From Candidatus Omnitrophota bacterium (GTDB lineage: Bacteria > Ratteibacteria > UBA8468 > B48-G9 > JAFGKM01), in NCBI GenBank assembly GCA_023818645.1, contig JAMWCJ010000002.1, forward strand, positions 9,454 to 73,453: a DNA stretch of 64,000 nucleotides, in the 5' to 3' direction. Position numbers and translations under genes: made by a program. Position 1 is the first letter of the stretch, and each line of letters starts with the position of its first letter. Shown here in pieces: positions 17,671 to 28,224 of this stretch. Under the pieces are notes generated by a model that made no database searches, was not told where the DNA came from, and saw nothing but the letters and a program-made list of their open reading frames with translations.

Positions 17671-19842
17671 TTACATTAATTTTAAAATTATATAGGATTT
17701 GCAATCAATAGTTAAATTTAATGTTTCTTTTTCTAACCCAATTTCTTCATCTGTTTCAAAATCTATTATTTTCTCAAATTTGTCTCTAAATTTTATCTCA
17801 CATTCAACGCTTCTATTGAATAGATTGTGTAGAAAAAGGTAAATATTTTTTCCATCTGTTAATGCAGAATGAATTATTAAATTTCTTTTTTCATAGTATT
17901 TTTCAAGGCCTTTTTCTGTCCCTAAGGTATACTCAACTGGTTCTACTTTTATTTCTACAAATGGATTTATATTTTCACTTTTTAATATCTCTAAAATTAA
18001 ACAAATATTTCCTTCTGGTTCATTTAAAGGTTCACTCTGCCCAATTAATCCTCTTAAAAAATAGATTTTACCTTTACCATATTTAATCCTATCAAAAACA
18101 GGCAGACCACAGATTTCAAAAGATTTTCTACTATCATTGTTTAAGAAATATTCATATAAACTTATTTCTTTTGTCTCTAATTTTTCAATTTTTGCACCAA
18201 ATTTAATATTAAGGATATTTTTGAAACCATCAATTTTTTCTCCAGAAGGAGTAGATTCAGGGATAAAAGGGCCTGTAACTAAAATTCCACCATTTTTTAC
18301 AAAATCTATTAATACCTTTTCTGTTGTTTTATCAAGGAATGGACCAGATGGGAAAAATAAAACTTTACAATCTTTAATTTTTTCTGGTGAATCAATTATT
18401 TCAACAATTTTTGGACTGTAACTGGCAAGTAGTAATAATCTAAAAATTCCTTCATATTCCTTAGTTAATAATCCTGCTTTAAGTCCATTTATAACTGGTT
18501 GTCCGACATAAATAGAATTATCATTACAAGGAGAAGGGTCTCCAAGATATGTATGCCAGTGGTAAGGTCTATAATAGACAAGGCCAATTTTATCGTAAAG
18601 GACTTTTAATTCATTCCATTTTTCAAATTTATTTACTATACTTAAAAAATCTTTTATTCCATAATAGACACTTCTTATATTCCCTTTATCGCTTACTGGA
18701 CTTCCACCCCATGTCTCTCTATCATGAAACATAAAATAAAAAATCCCTTTGCATCCATTTGAGATTGCAGATAAACTCATAAATTTGTGATGTTCATAAG
18801 TTAACCAGCACTTTCCTATATCTTCAAACCACCATCCAGACATAAATTCAGCACTCCAAGTAAATTTTAAAACTGACTCAAGATATCTTAAAATCCTTGC
18901 TATTGATACATAACCAGAAAAACTTAAAAATGGGTTTCTGTAAAAATCATATCCGACAATACCCTTAACTGCATCCTCAAATTTTTTAGGGTTTGTTGGA
19001 ACTCCTTCTGGTCTGTGAGGATTTAGATTTGTGTAAAATAAAACTTCTTTTATTCCATTTTTTTCATACATTTCTCTTAACCTTTTTAAATATTCAGCCA
19101 TAACCCATTCTTTAAACTCAATCCAGTCAAAATAATAAATTAAATTTTTTTCAACATCAATTAATTTTCTTGGTGGTTCAATATCCTCAAAATTTTTAAA
19201 ATTATAAAAGGGAACTTTTGGTAAATTTGAAACATCTTTATATTTATTTTTTAAAAATTTATGGTAATAACCTCCTTTACCAACCATACATTCATTGTAA
19301 TCACTATCAAACATAGAATCCATAACTATATAACTTACCTCATTATCAAGATTTATCATTTCAATTGGTCCTCCATTTTTAGATAAATACGGTTTTATAA
19401 TTTCTGAAACAGCAGATATCCAAATTTCACATTCCTTAAGATATTCTGAGTGTAAATATGAAGGTTGAGAACCTTCCTTTTTTGGAATCCAGTAACCCTT
19501 TGTGTGTCTATTTTGATAATCAAGAACAAAAATTTTTGGATTTTCTTTTACTATTCTTTCAGGATAACCTCCATATAAGAATTCATTACATATAAATGGT
19601 CCTGGTCTTATAGCAAGTTTAAGTTTATATTTTTTTATTATTTCAAGAAATTTAACAAGATTTGTTTTCTCTGATTGCCTGCCTTCAAAATCAAAAATAC
19701 CCTTTTTAATTTCATGAAGACCCCATGGAACATATGTAGAAACAAAATTCAAGCCAGATTCTTTCAATCTTTCTACAATTTTCTCCCAATATTTTTCTTT
19801 TAATCGGAAATACTGTATCTCTCCACCAAATATTTTTTCCAT
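17671..19842 (-). CDS. Glycoside hydrolase, GH35-like beta-galactosidase (clan GH-A), cytoplasmic
   Basis: The N-terminal TIM barrel matches GH35 landmarks: GGEIQYFRL…W…GLNFVSTYVPWGLHE…G.FDF…LAIRPGPFICNEF.YGG.P, and GGPIEMINLDNEVSY (acid/base Glu in the NEV block). 723 aa, no signal peptide. Confidence 0.6.
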   Translation of the reverse strand: MEKIFGGEIQYFRLKEKYWEKIVERLKESGLNFVSTYVPWGLHEIKKGIFDFEGRQSEKTNLVKFLEIIKKYKLKLAIRPGPFICNEFLYGGYPERIVKENPKIFVLDYQNRHTKGYWIPKKEGSQPSYLHSEYLKECEIWISAVSEIIKPYLSKNGGPIEMINLDNEVSYIVMDSMFDSDYNECMVGKGGYYHKFLKNKYKDVSNLPKVPFYNFKNFEDIEPPRKLIDVEKNLIYYFDWIEFKEWVMAEYLKRLREMYEKNGIKEVLFYTNLNPHRPEGVPTNPKKFEDAVKGIVGYDFYRNPFLSFSGYVSIARILRYLESVLKFTWSAEFMSGWWFEDIGKCWLTYEHHKFMSLSAISNGCKGIFYFMFHDRETWGGSPVSDKGNIRSVYYGIKDFLSIVNKFEKWNELKVLYDKIGLVYYRPYHWHTYLGDPSPCNDNSIYVGQPVINGLKAGLLTKEYEGIFRLLLLASYSPKIVEIIDSPEKIKDCKVLFFPSGPFLDKTTEKVLIDFVKNGGILVTGPFIPESTPSGEKIDGFKNILNIKFGAKIEKLETKEISLYEYFLNNDSRKSFEICGLPVFDRIKYGKGKIYFLRGLIGQSEPLNEPEGNICLILEILKSENINPFVEIKVEPVEYTLGTEKGLEKYYEKRNLIIHSALTDGKNIYLFLHNLFNRSVECEIKFRDKFEKIIDFETDEEIGLEKETLNLTIDCKSYIILKLM

Positions 19843-19904
19843 TTTTGAGGTATATTATAACATTTTATTCTTGTTTAAAAAATTTGACATGTTAAAATAT
19901 TTGC

Positions 19905-21008
19905 ATGGACAGAAAAGAAAGAGTTATAAGGACATTAAATTTAAAAGAGGTTGATAGGATTCCAATTTATGACCTTGTAAGAAGTGATAAAGTGATTGAA
20001 TATTTTAGCGGTGAGAAGTTGCCTGAATATGAATTTTGGGAGAAGGAAGAAGAGAAATTGAAAATAATGACAGGTAAAGCAGTGAATAAATTATGTGATA
20101 TGACAAGAAGTTTTGGTTTTGGTCCTCTAAAAGAATATGAATGTACAGATGAATTTGGTTTTGTTTGGCATGCAAGTCCTTACGAAAAAACACGATGGAT
20201 TGTTAAAAGACCATTTAATGATGAAGAAGGTGGAATTGAATTTATAAAAAAACTTATAGAAAAATATTGTAAGGAAATAAAAGAAATAAAAGAGAATAGA
20301 AAACAATACAGAGAAAAATATCACAATGGTTTTTTAAAAATACAGTCATATATTGGAAATACGATTAACTTATTAGCTGAAAATGGAACAGGACTTGACT
20401 GTTTAAGGCATTACCTTGGATTTGAACTCTTTACTTATATTTATGCAGATAATCCAGATATAGTAAGTGAGTTTTTTGAAATTTTTACAGAATTGCAGAT
20501 AGAGATTGCAAAAACAGTTGCTGATAAAAATCTTTCTCCCTGTGTTTTAACTTATGGTGACATTGCATGCAAAAATAAACTTTTACATTCACCTGAATTT
20601 TTAAGAAGAGAGTTTTTTCCAAGATTAAAAAGGATTCAAGATACATGGCATAATTATGAAATAAAATGCTTGTTCCATTCAGATGGAAATATTATGGAAG
20701 TTTTGGATGATTTAATTGAAACAGGTATTGATGGACTTAATCCAATTGAAATAGTTGCAGGGATGGATATAAAAAAGATAAAGGAAAAGTACGGAAAAAA
20801 AATTTTTTTAACAGGTGGAATAGATATGAGTCAACTTTTATCTCTAAAAACACCGGAAGAAGTCAAAGAAATTTGTAAAGAAACAATAAAAATAGCATAT
20901 CCTGGATATTTTATTGGTTCAACAACTGAAATTGATAATTCAGTGAAACTTGAAAATGTAATAGCGATGTTTGAAATCGCATCACAGCCTGTTGAAAAAC
21001 TGCTTTAA
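19905..21008 (+). CDS. Uroporphyrinogen-decarboxylase (URO-D)/MtaA-like family protein
   Basis: The N-terminus MDRKERVIRTLNLKEVDRIPIYDL… and the C-terminal HSDGNIMEVLDDLIETGIDGLNPIE block are typical of the URO-D/methylcobamide methyltransferase (MtaA/CmuA) TIM-barrel family. Confidence 0.6.
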   Translation: MDRKERVIRTLNLKEVDRIPIYDLVRSDKVIEYFSGEKLPEYEFWEKEEEKLKIMTGKAVNKLCDMTRSFGFGPLKEYECTDEFGFVWHASPYEKTRWIVKRPFNDEEGGIEFIKKLIEKYCKEIKEIKENRKQYREKYHNGFLKIQSYIGNTINLLAENGTGLDCLRHYLGFELFTYIYADNPDIVSEFFEIFTELQIEIAKTVADKNLSPCVLTYGDIACKNKLLHSPEFLRREFFPRLKRIQDTWHNYEIKCLFHSDGNIMEVLDDLIETGIDGLNPIEIVAGMDIKKIKEKYGKKIFLTGGIDMSQLLSLKTPEEVKEICKETIKIAYPGYFIGSTTEIDNSVKLENVIAMFEIASQPVEKLL

Positions 21009-21017
21009 TTTAAAATT

Positions 21018-22328
21018 TTACTTTTTAGGAGGAAGATGAATGCTTTTTTTATTTAAATCGTTTATTGCTTCCATTATACCTTCTGCAAAGGTTGGATGAC
21101 AGTATAAAATCTTTTCAATTTCTTTTATTTTTATTCCTAACTTTATTGCAAGTGTTCCAAAACTTATAAGTTCAGTTGCTCCTTTTCCTATAATATGCAT
21201 TCCTATTATCTTTTCTGTTTTTTTGTCTGCAATGACTTTGAAAAAACCTTCTGTCTTTTTATCAGCATACGCACGACCAAGAGCAGAGTAGGGGAATTTG
21301 CCTATTTCTATTTCAATTCCTTTTTCTTTTGCAGTTTGTTCAGTAAGACCACATACGCCAATTTCTGGGTCTGTAAATATAACTTCTGGAATTGAATCAT
21401 AATCTATAATTTCGTCTTTTCCACATATATTTTCAGCAGCAATTTCACCTTCTTTTGTTGCAACATAAGCAAGTTGATATTTTCCATTTACATCTCCGAC
21501 TGCATAGATTTTCTCTATATTTGTTTTTAATCTTTCATCTGTTTTAATCCCTTTTTTATCATATTCTAATCCCTCTAATTTTAGTATATTCGGTATTCTT
21601 CCAACAGAAACAAATATTTTTTCTGCTTCTATCATTTCACAACTTTCAAGTTTTATATTTAAATTTACTTCAATTCCTCTTTTTTCAAATGATTTTTTAA
21701 GCAATTCAGTTATCTCTTTATCTTTTCCAGGTAAAAGTGAATCCATCATTTCATATATCTTTACTTTAACTCCAAACTTATTTAAAATTGAAGCAAATTC
21801 ACAACCAATAAATCCTCCTCCAATTATGGCAATACTTTCTGGAAGTTTTTGTAATTCCCATAAATGGTCAGAGATTATAATTCTTTTGTCATTTTTAAAA
21901 CATTCAGGAATATAACAAGATGAACCAGTAGCAATCACAATATATTCAGTAGTATAGAAATTCCCATTAACTTCAACAGTTCTTAAATCTTTAAATATTG
22001 CTTTTCCTTTTATAAGATCAACTTTATAACTTTTAAGAAGCATATTTATACCAGTTCTTAATCTTAAAACAACATCATTTAAAACCTCATTTAATATCTT
22101 ATTCCAGTCATAATTAACTTTTTTTTCAATTGAATTGTATTTTGAATTAGAAATTTCTTCTGAAATTGAATAAAGTGCTTTTGTTGGAATACATCCTCTA
22201 TTTAAACATACACCACCAAGAGCAAGTTCTTCAATTAAAAGGACTTTTTTTCCATATTGAGAACATCTAATAGCACATGGATATCCAGCAGGTCCTCCAC
22301 CAATAACAATCACATCATATTTTCCCAT
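21018..22328 (-). CDS. lpdA: Dihydrolipoyl dehydrogenase (E3)
   Basis: FAD-binding GGGPAGY, redox-active disulfide GGVCLNRGCIPTK, NAD-binding GGGFIGCEF and a C-terminal dimerisation domain (…HPTFAEGI…). Confidence 0.85.
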   Translation of the reverse strand: MGKYDVIVIGGGPAGYPCAIRCSQYGKKVLLIEELALGGVCLNRGCIPTKALYSISEEISNSKYNSIEKKVNYDWNKILNEVLNDVVLRLRTGINMLLKSYKVDLIKGKAIFKDLRTVEVNGNFYTTEYIVIATGSSCYIPECFKNDKRIIISDHLWELQKLPESIAIIGGGFIGCEFASILNKFGVKVKIYEMMDSLLPGKDKEITELLKKSFEKRGIEVNLNIKLESCEMIEAEKIFVSVGRIPNILKLEGLEYDKKGIKTDERLKTNIEKIYAVGDVNGKYQLAYVATKEGEIAAENICGKDEIIDYDSIPEVIFTDPEIGVCGLTEQTAKEKGIEIEIGKFPYSALGRAYADKKTEGFFKVIADKKTEKIIGMHIIGKGATELISFGTLAIKLGIKIKEIEKILYCHPTFAEGIMEAINDLNKKSIHLPPKK

Positions 22329-22330
22329 AT

Positions 22331-22882
22331 TTACTCCTTTTTAACTATAAATTCTGCTGCTTCTTTTAAATTTTTAAATATATAATCAGGTTTTATCTCC
22401 CATTTTTCTATTTCTTTTTTTGATTTTGTCTTTCCAGTTAAGACAAGTATTGTTTTTGCTCCTATATTTTCTCCTGCAATAATATCTATATCACTATCAC
22501 CAATAAAATATGTCTTTGAAAAATCAATTTTTCCAAAATCCTCTTCTACTTTTTTAAATAAACCTGTCTTTGGTTTTCTACATTCGCAATTTTCTTCCTT
22601 TGTATGTATGCAATAGTAAACTTTTAAAATATTATTTATATTTTTCTTTTTAAGTTCTTCAAGCATTTTTTGAGTTATCTCATTTAAATCATTTATAGTA
22701 AAAAGTCCTTTATTAACACCTGCCTGATTTGAAATTATTATAACTTTATAACCAGCATCATTTAAAATTTTCAATCCATCAATCCCTTTGGGTATAAACT
22801 TAAATTCTTCCCATTTTTTTATATAATCATCTGGTGTAAAAATTGAAATAACTCCATCCCTGTCAAGAAAAATTAGTTTCAT
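22331..22882 (-). CDS. gmhB: D,D-heptose 1,7-bisphosphate phosphatase-like HAD hydrolase
   Basis: HAD motif I LDRDGVI, a Zn-binding CxH/CxC region (C.HTKEENCECRKPKTGL) and motif IV GDSDIDIIAG. Confidence 0.7.
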   Translation of the reverse strand: MKLIFLDRDGVISIFTPDDYIKKWEEFKFIPKGIDGLKILNDAGYKVIIISNQAGVNKGLFTINDLNEITQKMLEELKKKNINNILKVYYCIHTKEENCECRKPKTGLFKKVEEDFGKIDFSKTYFIGDSDIDIIAGENIGAKTILVLTGKTKSKKEIEKWEIKPDYIFKNLKEAAEFIVKKE

Positions 22883-22894
22883 ATTTTTAAAAAA

Positions 22895-23926
22895 TTAGAA
22901 AATAAAAGGGGCTGTTTCTCTAAAACCAAAGATTATATTCATATTCTGAACTGCTTGACCACTTGCTCCTTTAACAAGATTATCTATTGCAGAAGTTATC
23001 ACAATATTTTTTCCTTCAATAAGTTTAATCCCAATATCACAGAAATTTGTATCATAAACATTTTTTGTTGATGCACTTATTCCATAATCCATAATTCTAA
23101 TAAAGGGCTCATTTTTATAAAACTCAATATATAAGTTCTGTATATCTTCTGGATTCATTTTTTCTTTTAATTCTACATAAATAGTTGATAGAATTCCTTG
23201 ATTATATGGTGCAAGATGTGGAACAAAAATAACTTTATAATTTTTATCTCCAAACTCATTTAAAATTTCTTCAATTTCTGGTTGATGTCTATGTTCACCT
23301 ATTTTATATGCTTTTATATTTTCATTACATTCAACAAAAATATTAGAAGTGGAAGGAGATTTTCCTGCTCCAGATACACCACTTACACTATTGGCAATAA
23401 TCTTATTGCTTATTAAATTATTTTTAACAAGAGGTAAAACACCAAGAATTATACTTGTAGGATAACAACCAGGATTTGCAACAAGTTTTGCGTTTTTAAT
23501 CTTTTCTCTATTCATTTCAGGAAGTCCATAAACCGCTTCTTTTAAAATTTCAGGATTTTTATGTTTTGTATACCATTTTTCATAAATTTCTACATTTTTA
23601 AATCTATAATCAGCACTTAAATCAATTACAATTTTCCCAAGTTTTAAAATTTCAGGAACAAAATTCATAGAGACAATATGTGGAAGGGCAAGGAAAACAC
23701 AGTCACAGTTTTTTTCAATTCTTTCCCAATCAGGCGAATTTTTACATTTTAAATTTATTCTTTTTTTAAACTTTGGATTAATTTCTTCTAAATATGGTGT
23801 TCCTTCATCAGGTGCAACATAACATTCTATAATCTCAACAGATGTATGATTTAATAAAATTTCTACAAGTTTCTGTCCAGCATAACCACTTGCTCCAAAT
23901 ATTCCAACTTTTATCTTTTGGTCCAC
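22895..23926 (-). CDS. argC: N-acetyl-gamma-glutamyl-phosphate reductase
   Basis: N-terminal NAD(P)-binding VGIFGASGYAGQKLVEIL and a catalytic-Cys region (…ANPGCYPTS…), typical of ArgC. Confidence 0.88.
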   Translation of the reverse strand: MDQKIKVGIFGASGYAGQKLVEILLNHTSVEIIECYVAPDEGTPYLEEINPKFKKRINLKCKNSPDWERIEKNCDCVFLALPHIVSMNFVPEILKLGKIVIDLSADYRFKNVEIYEKWYTKHKNPEILKEAVYGLPEMNREKIKNAKLVANPGCYPTSIILGVLPLVKNNLISNKIIANSVSGVSGAGKSPSTSNIFVECNENIKAYKIGEHRHQPEIEEILNEFGDKNYKVIFVPHLAPYNQGILSTIYVELKEKMNPEDIQNLYIEFYKNEPFIRIMDYGISASTKNVYDTNFCDIGIKLIEGKNIVITSAIDNLVKGASGQAVQNMNIIFGFRETAPFIF

Positions 23927-24306
23927 TGGAATTTCTTTCTTGCACCTTTCTGTCCGTATTTTTTTCTTTCTTTCATTCTTGGATCTCTTGTAAGGAGTCC
24001 ATATTCTTTTAATTTTGGTGTTAAAGATGGATCATATTTTACTAATGCTCTTGCTATCCCAAGTTTTATAGCATCAACCTGACCAGTTATTCCGCCTCCC
24101 TGTGTTTTAATCTCAAAATCAAATTTTCCTTTTAAATCAGTAACGATTAGTGGTTTTATTGCATTTTCTTGTTGATAAAAAAGAGGGAAATATTGTTCTA
24201 ATGTTTTTTTATTAACTAAAATTTTCCCTTCACCTTCTTTCATCTTCACTATAGCAACACTTTTTTTTCTCCTTCCTACACCAATAATTAATTGATTATT
24301 TCCCAT
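23911..24306 (-). CDS. rpsI: 30S ribosomal protein S9
   Basis: 131 aa with the conserved C-terminus …LLTRDPRMKERKKYGQKGARKKFQWTKR and the internal GGGITGQVDAIKLGIARAL block. No rplM is adjacent. Confidence 0.9.
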   Translation of the reverse strand: MGNNQLIIGVGRRKKSVAIVKMKEGEGKILVNKKTLEQYFPLFYQQENAIKPLIVTDLKGKFDFEIKTQGGGITGQVDAIKLGIARALVKYDPSLTPKLKEYGLLTRDPRMKERKKYGQKGARKKFQWTKR

Positions 24307-24339
24307 ATCTCTTCCTCTCCTTTTTAATAAATTTAAATT

Positions 24340-25869
24340 TTACAAAATTTTTGCTAATGTGTCAAATGAATTTTTAAGTTTAAAATAGAGTTCTCTGTAA
24401 ATTTTGTAAAATTTTTCGTACTCAGTAAACCTTTCTTTGTCAAATTTAAAACTATCCTTTTCTTTAAGTATTACTTTACATGCAGTTTTTACATCTTTAT
24501 ATATTCCAACACCTACACTTGCTAAAATCGCTGCTCCAAAAGGTGCTCCTTCCTGACATTCCAATCTTATAATATTTTTACCAAATATATCTGCCATCAT
24601 CTGACACCATAAACTACTTTTTCCACCACCTCCACTTGCAATAAAATTTTCTCCAATAGGTAAATTTATTTCATTCATTATTTTAATGCTATCTTTTAGT
24701 CCAAAAGTTATTCCTTCCATTACACTTCTAATTAAATTAATTTTTGTATGTTTTAGAGATAGACCAAAGAATACACCTCTTGCATTAGGATCTGGATATG
24801 GACATCTTTCTCCTGTAAGATATGGTAAAAAAATAAGGCCTTCGGAACCAACTGGAATATCTTTTGCTTTTTCAGTCATTATTTCATATGGATCTATCTT
24901 TTTTCTTTTTCCCTCTTTTTTCTCTTCTTCACATAAATTATCTCTTAACCATCTGAAAGAACCACCTGCAGAAAGCATAACTCCCATTAAATGCCATTTA
25001 CCTGGAACAGCATGACAGAAAGTATGAAGTCGTCCCTTTGGATCAACAATTACTTTTTCAGAATGTGCAAAAACAACTCCACTTGTTCCAATCGTTACAG
25101 AAACTTTTCCTTCTTCAACTATTCCATTTCCAACTCCACCACTTGCCTGGTCCCCTCCTCCTGCAACAACAGGCGTTTTTTCAGATAGACCTGTAATTTT
25201 AGCAATATCTTTTTTAATATATCCTGTAATTTCAGTTCCTTCATATACTTTTGGTAATAAATCAATCTCTAAATTTAATTTTTCAAGTATTTCGTTAGAC
25301 CATTTCCTATTTTTAACATCAAAAAGTGAAGTTCCAGAAGCATCAGAAACATCAGTTGCAAAGTCACCTGTTAAACAATATCTTATATAATCTTTTGGAA
25401 GTAAGATTTTTCTTACATTCTTATATATATCAGGTTGATTTTTTCTTAACCATAATATTTTTGGTGCTTGAAAACCAGTCAAAACTGGATTACATGTTAT
25501 TTCAAAGATTCTATCCTGTCCAACAATTTCATTTATTTCTTCGCATTCTTTTGCTGTCCTCTGGTCACACCATAAGATTGCTGGATAAATCACATTATAA
25601 TTTGAGTCGAGAAAAACAGAACCATGCATCTGGCCTGTCAAACCAATTCCTTTAATCTCTTCTCCTTTTATTCCTGTTTTTTTAAGAATTTTTTTAATAC
25701 ATTTGATAGTTGCATCCCACCAATCATTTGGATTTTGTTCAGCCCAACCAGGTTTAGGAGTTATTAATGGATATTCAACTGTATTTGTTCCTATAACTTT
25801 TCCATCTCTATCAATAATTACTATTTTTACTCCAGTAGTTCCAACATCTATTCCCATTAAGTATTCCAT
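24340..25869 (-). CDS. xylB: FGGY-family carbohydrate kinase, xylulokinase-like
   Basis: N-terminal actin-like ATPase motif MGIDVGTTGVKIVIID…, a central GTSGV… block and C-terminal GGG..S..W.Q..AD. About 500 aa, typical of XylB. Confidence 0.7.
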   Translation of the reverse strand: MEYLMGIDVGTTGVKIVIIDRDGKVIGTNTVEYPLITPKPGWAEQNPNDWWDATIKCIKKILKKTGIKGEEIKGIGLTGQMHGSVFLDSNYNVIYPAILWCDQRTAKECEEINEIVGQDRIFEITCNPVLTGFQAPKILWLRKNQPDIYKNVRKILLPKDYIRYCLTGDFATDVSDASGTSLFDVKNRKWSNEILEKLNLEIDLLPKVYEGTEITGYIKKDIAKITGLSEKTPVVAGGGDQASGGVGNGIVEEGKVSVTIGTSGVVFAHSEKVIVDPKGRLHTFCHAVPGKWHLMGVMLSAGGSFRWLRDNLCEEEKKEGKRKKIDPYEIMTEKAKDIPVGSEGLIFLPYLTGERCPYPDPNARGVFFGLSLKHTKINLIRSVMEGITFGLKDSIKIMNEINLPIGENFIASGGGGKSSLWCQMMADIFGKNIIRLECQEGAPFGAAILASVGVGIYKDVKTACKVILKEKDSFKFDKERFTEYEKFYKIYRELYFKLKNSFDTLAKIL

Positions 25870-25985
25870 TTAAACCTCCTTTGGAACTTCTCCTCTTTCT
25901 TCTTTTCCAATTAGAATGAGACCAGGATAAGATAAAAATGGGATTCTATCAACTTTCAACCTATTAAAAACTCTTTCTTTAAGAT

Positions 25986-27104
25986 TCATTTGACTTCTAT
26001 TTCTGGAGGATATAAAAAATTTAAATATTTCTCATTAACTTTTGCCTGTTCACAGTTTCCTGAATGTATATAAATTCTATAAAAGAGTTTTAGTTCATTT
26101 CCATAGGGTAAAATATAAGTTCCTGAAATTTTTTTATCTCCATAAAAATCAGAAAGACCAAAAAAGTTTGCACTAAAAAGTCCATAATCTCTTACATGCC
26201 AATAAGTTGGATACCTTAAATTACCAGGAAAATCAAAAACTGAAATTCCACATTCAATCCCTTCTATTTGACCTGAATAATCACACCAAAATGCTCTTTT
26301 ACCCCAACATTCTTTTTCACCTTCACCACCATAACTATTTTTTATTAATCCAGTATTTCTTCCTTCCATCTCAGGATTTACCCTTATACTCAATAATCCA
26401 CTTTCTTTTGTATCTTTAAATATAACTTCTGTTTCAGTCGCTCTTAAAATAATTGTATGGTCTATTATTCTATTATCAGATGGTAAATTATATATTTTTA
26501 TTATTCTTTCTTCTTCAAGCAATTTTCTTCCTTTATTATCTATCCAATCATTTAAAGAGTGAATTAAACCAAAGACCGGCCCACTTATAAGATTAATAAA
26601 TCTTCTATGTATAGTTTTTCCATGTCCTTCAAGTTCAGACCAATTATCTGTTCCATTTACATCTCCATGAGCAACCCAAATTCCTCTGTGATGGATATGG
26701 TCAAATTTTTCAGGATTTCCTGGACTTGCAGATTTCCTTACGATTGATTTACCAGAAGGTCCAATTACTGGATTTAAAAATGGACGGGAATATTCTAAAG
26801 AATAATTATAAGTTGTAAAAAGTGTCTCATTTATAAAAACATCAACTTTCCCATTTTTATCATCAACAACTTTTACTATTTCTGGGGAAGATTCACTTTT
26901 TTCAATTTTAAATTCTATTTCTTCACCTTTTCCAATCTCACCGGCTAAAAATATTAGGTATTTTTTTCCGTCTTCGTATTCTTTCTGGGTATAAAGTTCT
27001 TTATTTGAAAACTTCAAAATTATATTCTCTTCATCAAATTCAACTCTAATAGGGAAATTATACCATTTCCTTATTACACTATTCTTTAAAATAATTTTTT
27101 CCAT
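25986..27104 (-). CDS. Hypothetical protein, possibly PmoA-like (DUF6807) family
   Basis: 372 aa, no signal peptide. It is immediately upstream of a Gfo/Idh/MocA oxidoreductase in the same orientation, a pairing known for DUF6807 proteins. Family assignment is inference only. Confidence 0.25.
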   Translation of the reverse strand: MEKIILKNSVIRKWYNFPIRVEFDEENIILKFSNKELYTQKEYEDGKKYLIFLAGEIGKGEEIEFKIEKSESSPEIVKVVDDKNGKVDVFINETLFTTYNYSLEYSRPFLNPVIGPSGKSIVRKSASPGNPEKFDHIHHRGIWVAHGDVNGTDNWSELEGHGKTIHRRFINLISGPVFGLIHSLNDWIDNKGRKLLEEERIIKIYNLPSDNRIIDHTIILRATETEVIFKDTKESGLLSIRVNPEMEGRNTGLIKNSYGGEGEKECWGKRAFWCDYSGQIEGIECGISVFDFPGNLRYPTYWHVRDYGLFSANFFGLSDFYGDKKISGTYILPYGNELKLFYRIYIHSGNCEQAKVNEKYLNFLYPPEIEVK

Positions 27105-27121
27105 ATTTTTCCTCCTCTTTT

Positions 27122-28159
27122 TTAAATACCATCAATTTGATAACATTTTTCAATTACCCACATGACCCTTCTTACACTTTCAGGTGTAATTTTTAGTGGT
27201 TTATTATTTTTAATTGTATCGTAAAGATCTTTATAAAAATTTTTTTCATATTCTTTATCAGTTTCAGATAATTCCCAAATTTGCTCTTCTTTCCATGGTA
27301 TATCTTCTCTATTATAACTTCTGTCAGGAGTTGGTTGTTCTTCAATTTTTCGCGGTGGTAAATCAGACGGATTAAAAAATTTCCAGATTAATCTATTTGA
27401 AGTTCCTTTTATTCCTCCGTTTGTTCCCATAACAAGCCAATTTTCCTGTGGATAGCAACAGCAAAGAGTTATTTCAATATCAATTGTTGGTGAATTTTTA
27501 CCTTTTAAAATTATTTTTACATGGTCTTCTGTATCACCAAGAGTTAATGTTTTTTCCATCTGACAGAATATTTCAGGTTCTTCTTTATCTCCAAAAAGTT
27601 GTAATGCTTGGTCAATTAAATGTGGTCCCCAATTGTTCAATAAGCCGCCGCCATATTTTTTTAATGTCTGCCAGTCCCACCTTCTTCCAAAACCATGTTG
27701 ATACATTTTTATAAGAACGACTTTTCCAATTATTCCTGATTCAATAATTTCTTTTACTTTTAAAAAATCAGGAGAATATCTTCTATTTTGAAAAATTGTT
27801 AAAATTTTATTTTCTTCTTTTGCTACTTTTATCATTTGGTCAGCATCTTTTAGATTTGTTGCCATTGGTTTTTCACAGACAACATTTTTACCACTTTTCA
27901 GTGCTTTAATTGTGTGCTCAGCATGAAGAAAAGAAAAAGTTGATATTACAACAAGTTCAATATCTTCGTCTTTTAAAAATTCATCATAATCTGTATAAAC
28001 TTTACAACTGAAAGTTTCCTCTGCTTCTTTAATCCGTTTTTCATCTTTATCACAGACAGATACAATTTGATAAAGTTCTGGTAATTGAGAAATAGTTTTA
28101 CAATGAATATTCCAGCCACTTCTACCAAGTCCTGCAACTCCAACCTTAATTTTATCCAT
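27122..28159 (-). CDS. Gfo/Idh/MocA family NAD(P)-dependent oxidoreductase
   Basis: N-terminal Rossmann motif KVGVAGLGRSGWNIH… and the EKP motif (VVCEKPMA) conserved in Gfo/Idh/MocA dehydrogenases. Confidence 0.8.
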   Translation of the reverse strand: MDKIKVGVAGLGRSGWNIHCKTISQLPELYQIVSVCDKDEKRIKEAEETFSCKVYTDYDEFLKDEDIELVVISTFSFLHAEHTIKALKSGKNVVCEKPMATNLKDADQMIKVAKEENKILTIFQNRRYSPDFLKVKEIIESGIIGKVVLIKMYQHGFGRRWDWQTLKKYGGGLLNNWGPHLIDQALQLFGDKEEPEIFCQMEKTLTLGDTEDHVKIILKGKNSPTIDIEITLCCCYPQENWLVMGTNGGIKGTSNRLIWKFFNPSDLPPRKIEEQPTPDRSYNREDIPWKEEQIWELSETDKEYEKNFYKDLYDTIKNNKPLKITPESVRRVMWVIEKCYQIDGI

Positions 28160-28224
28160 TTTTTCTCCTCCTTTTTAATAAAATAATACAATTTTGTCTG
28201 AATAACAAATTTTTATTTTTTCTC

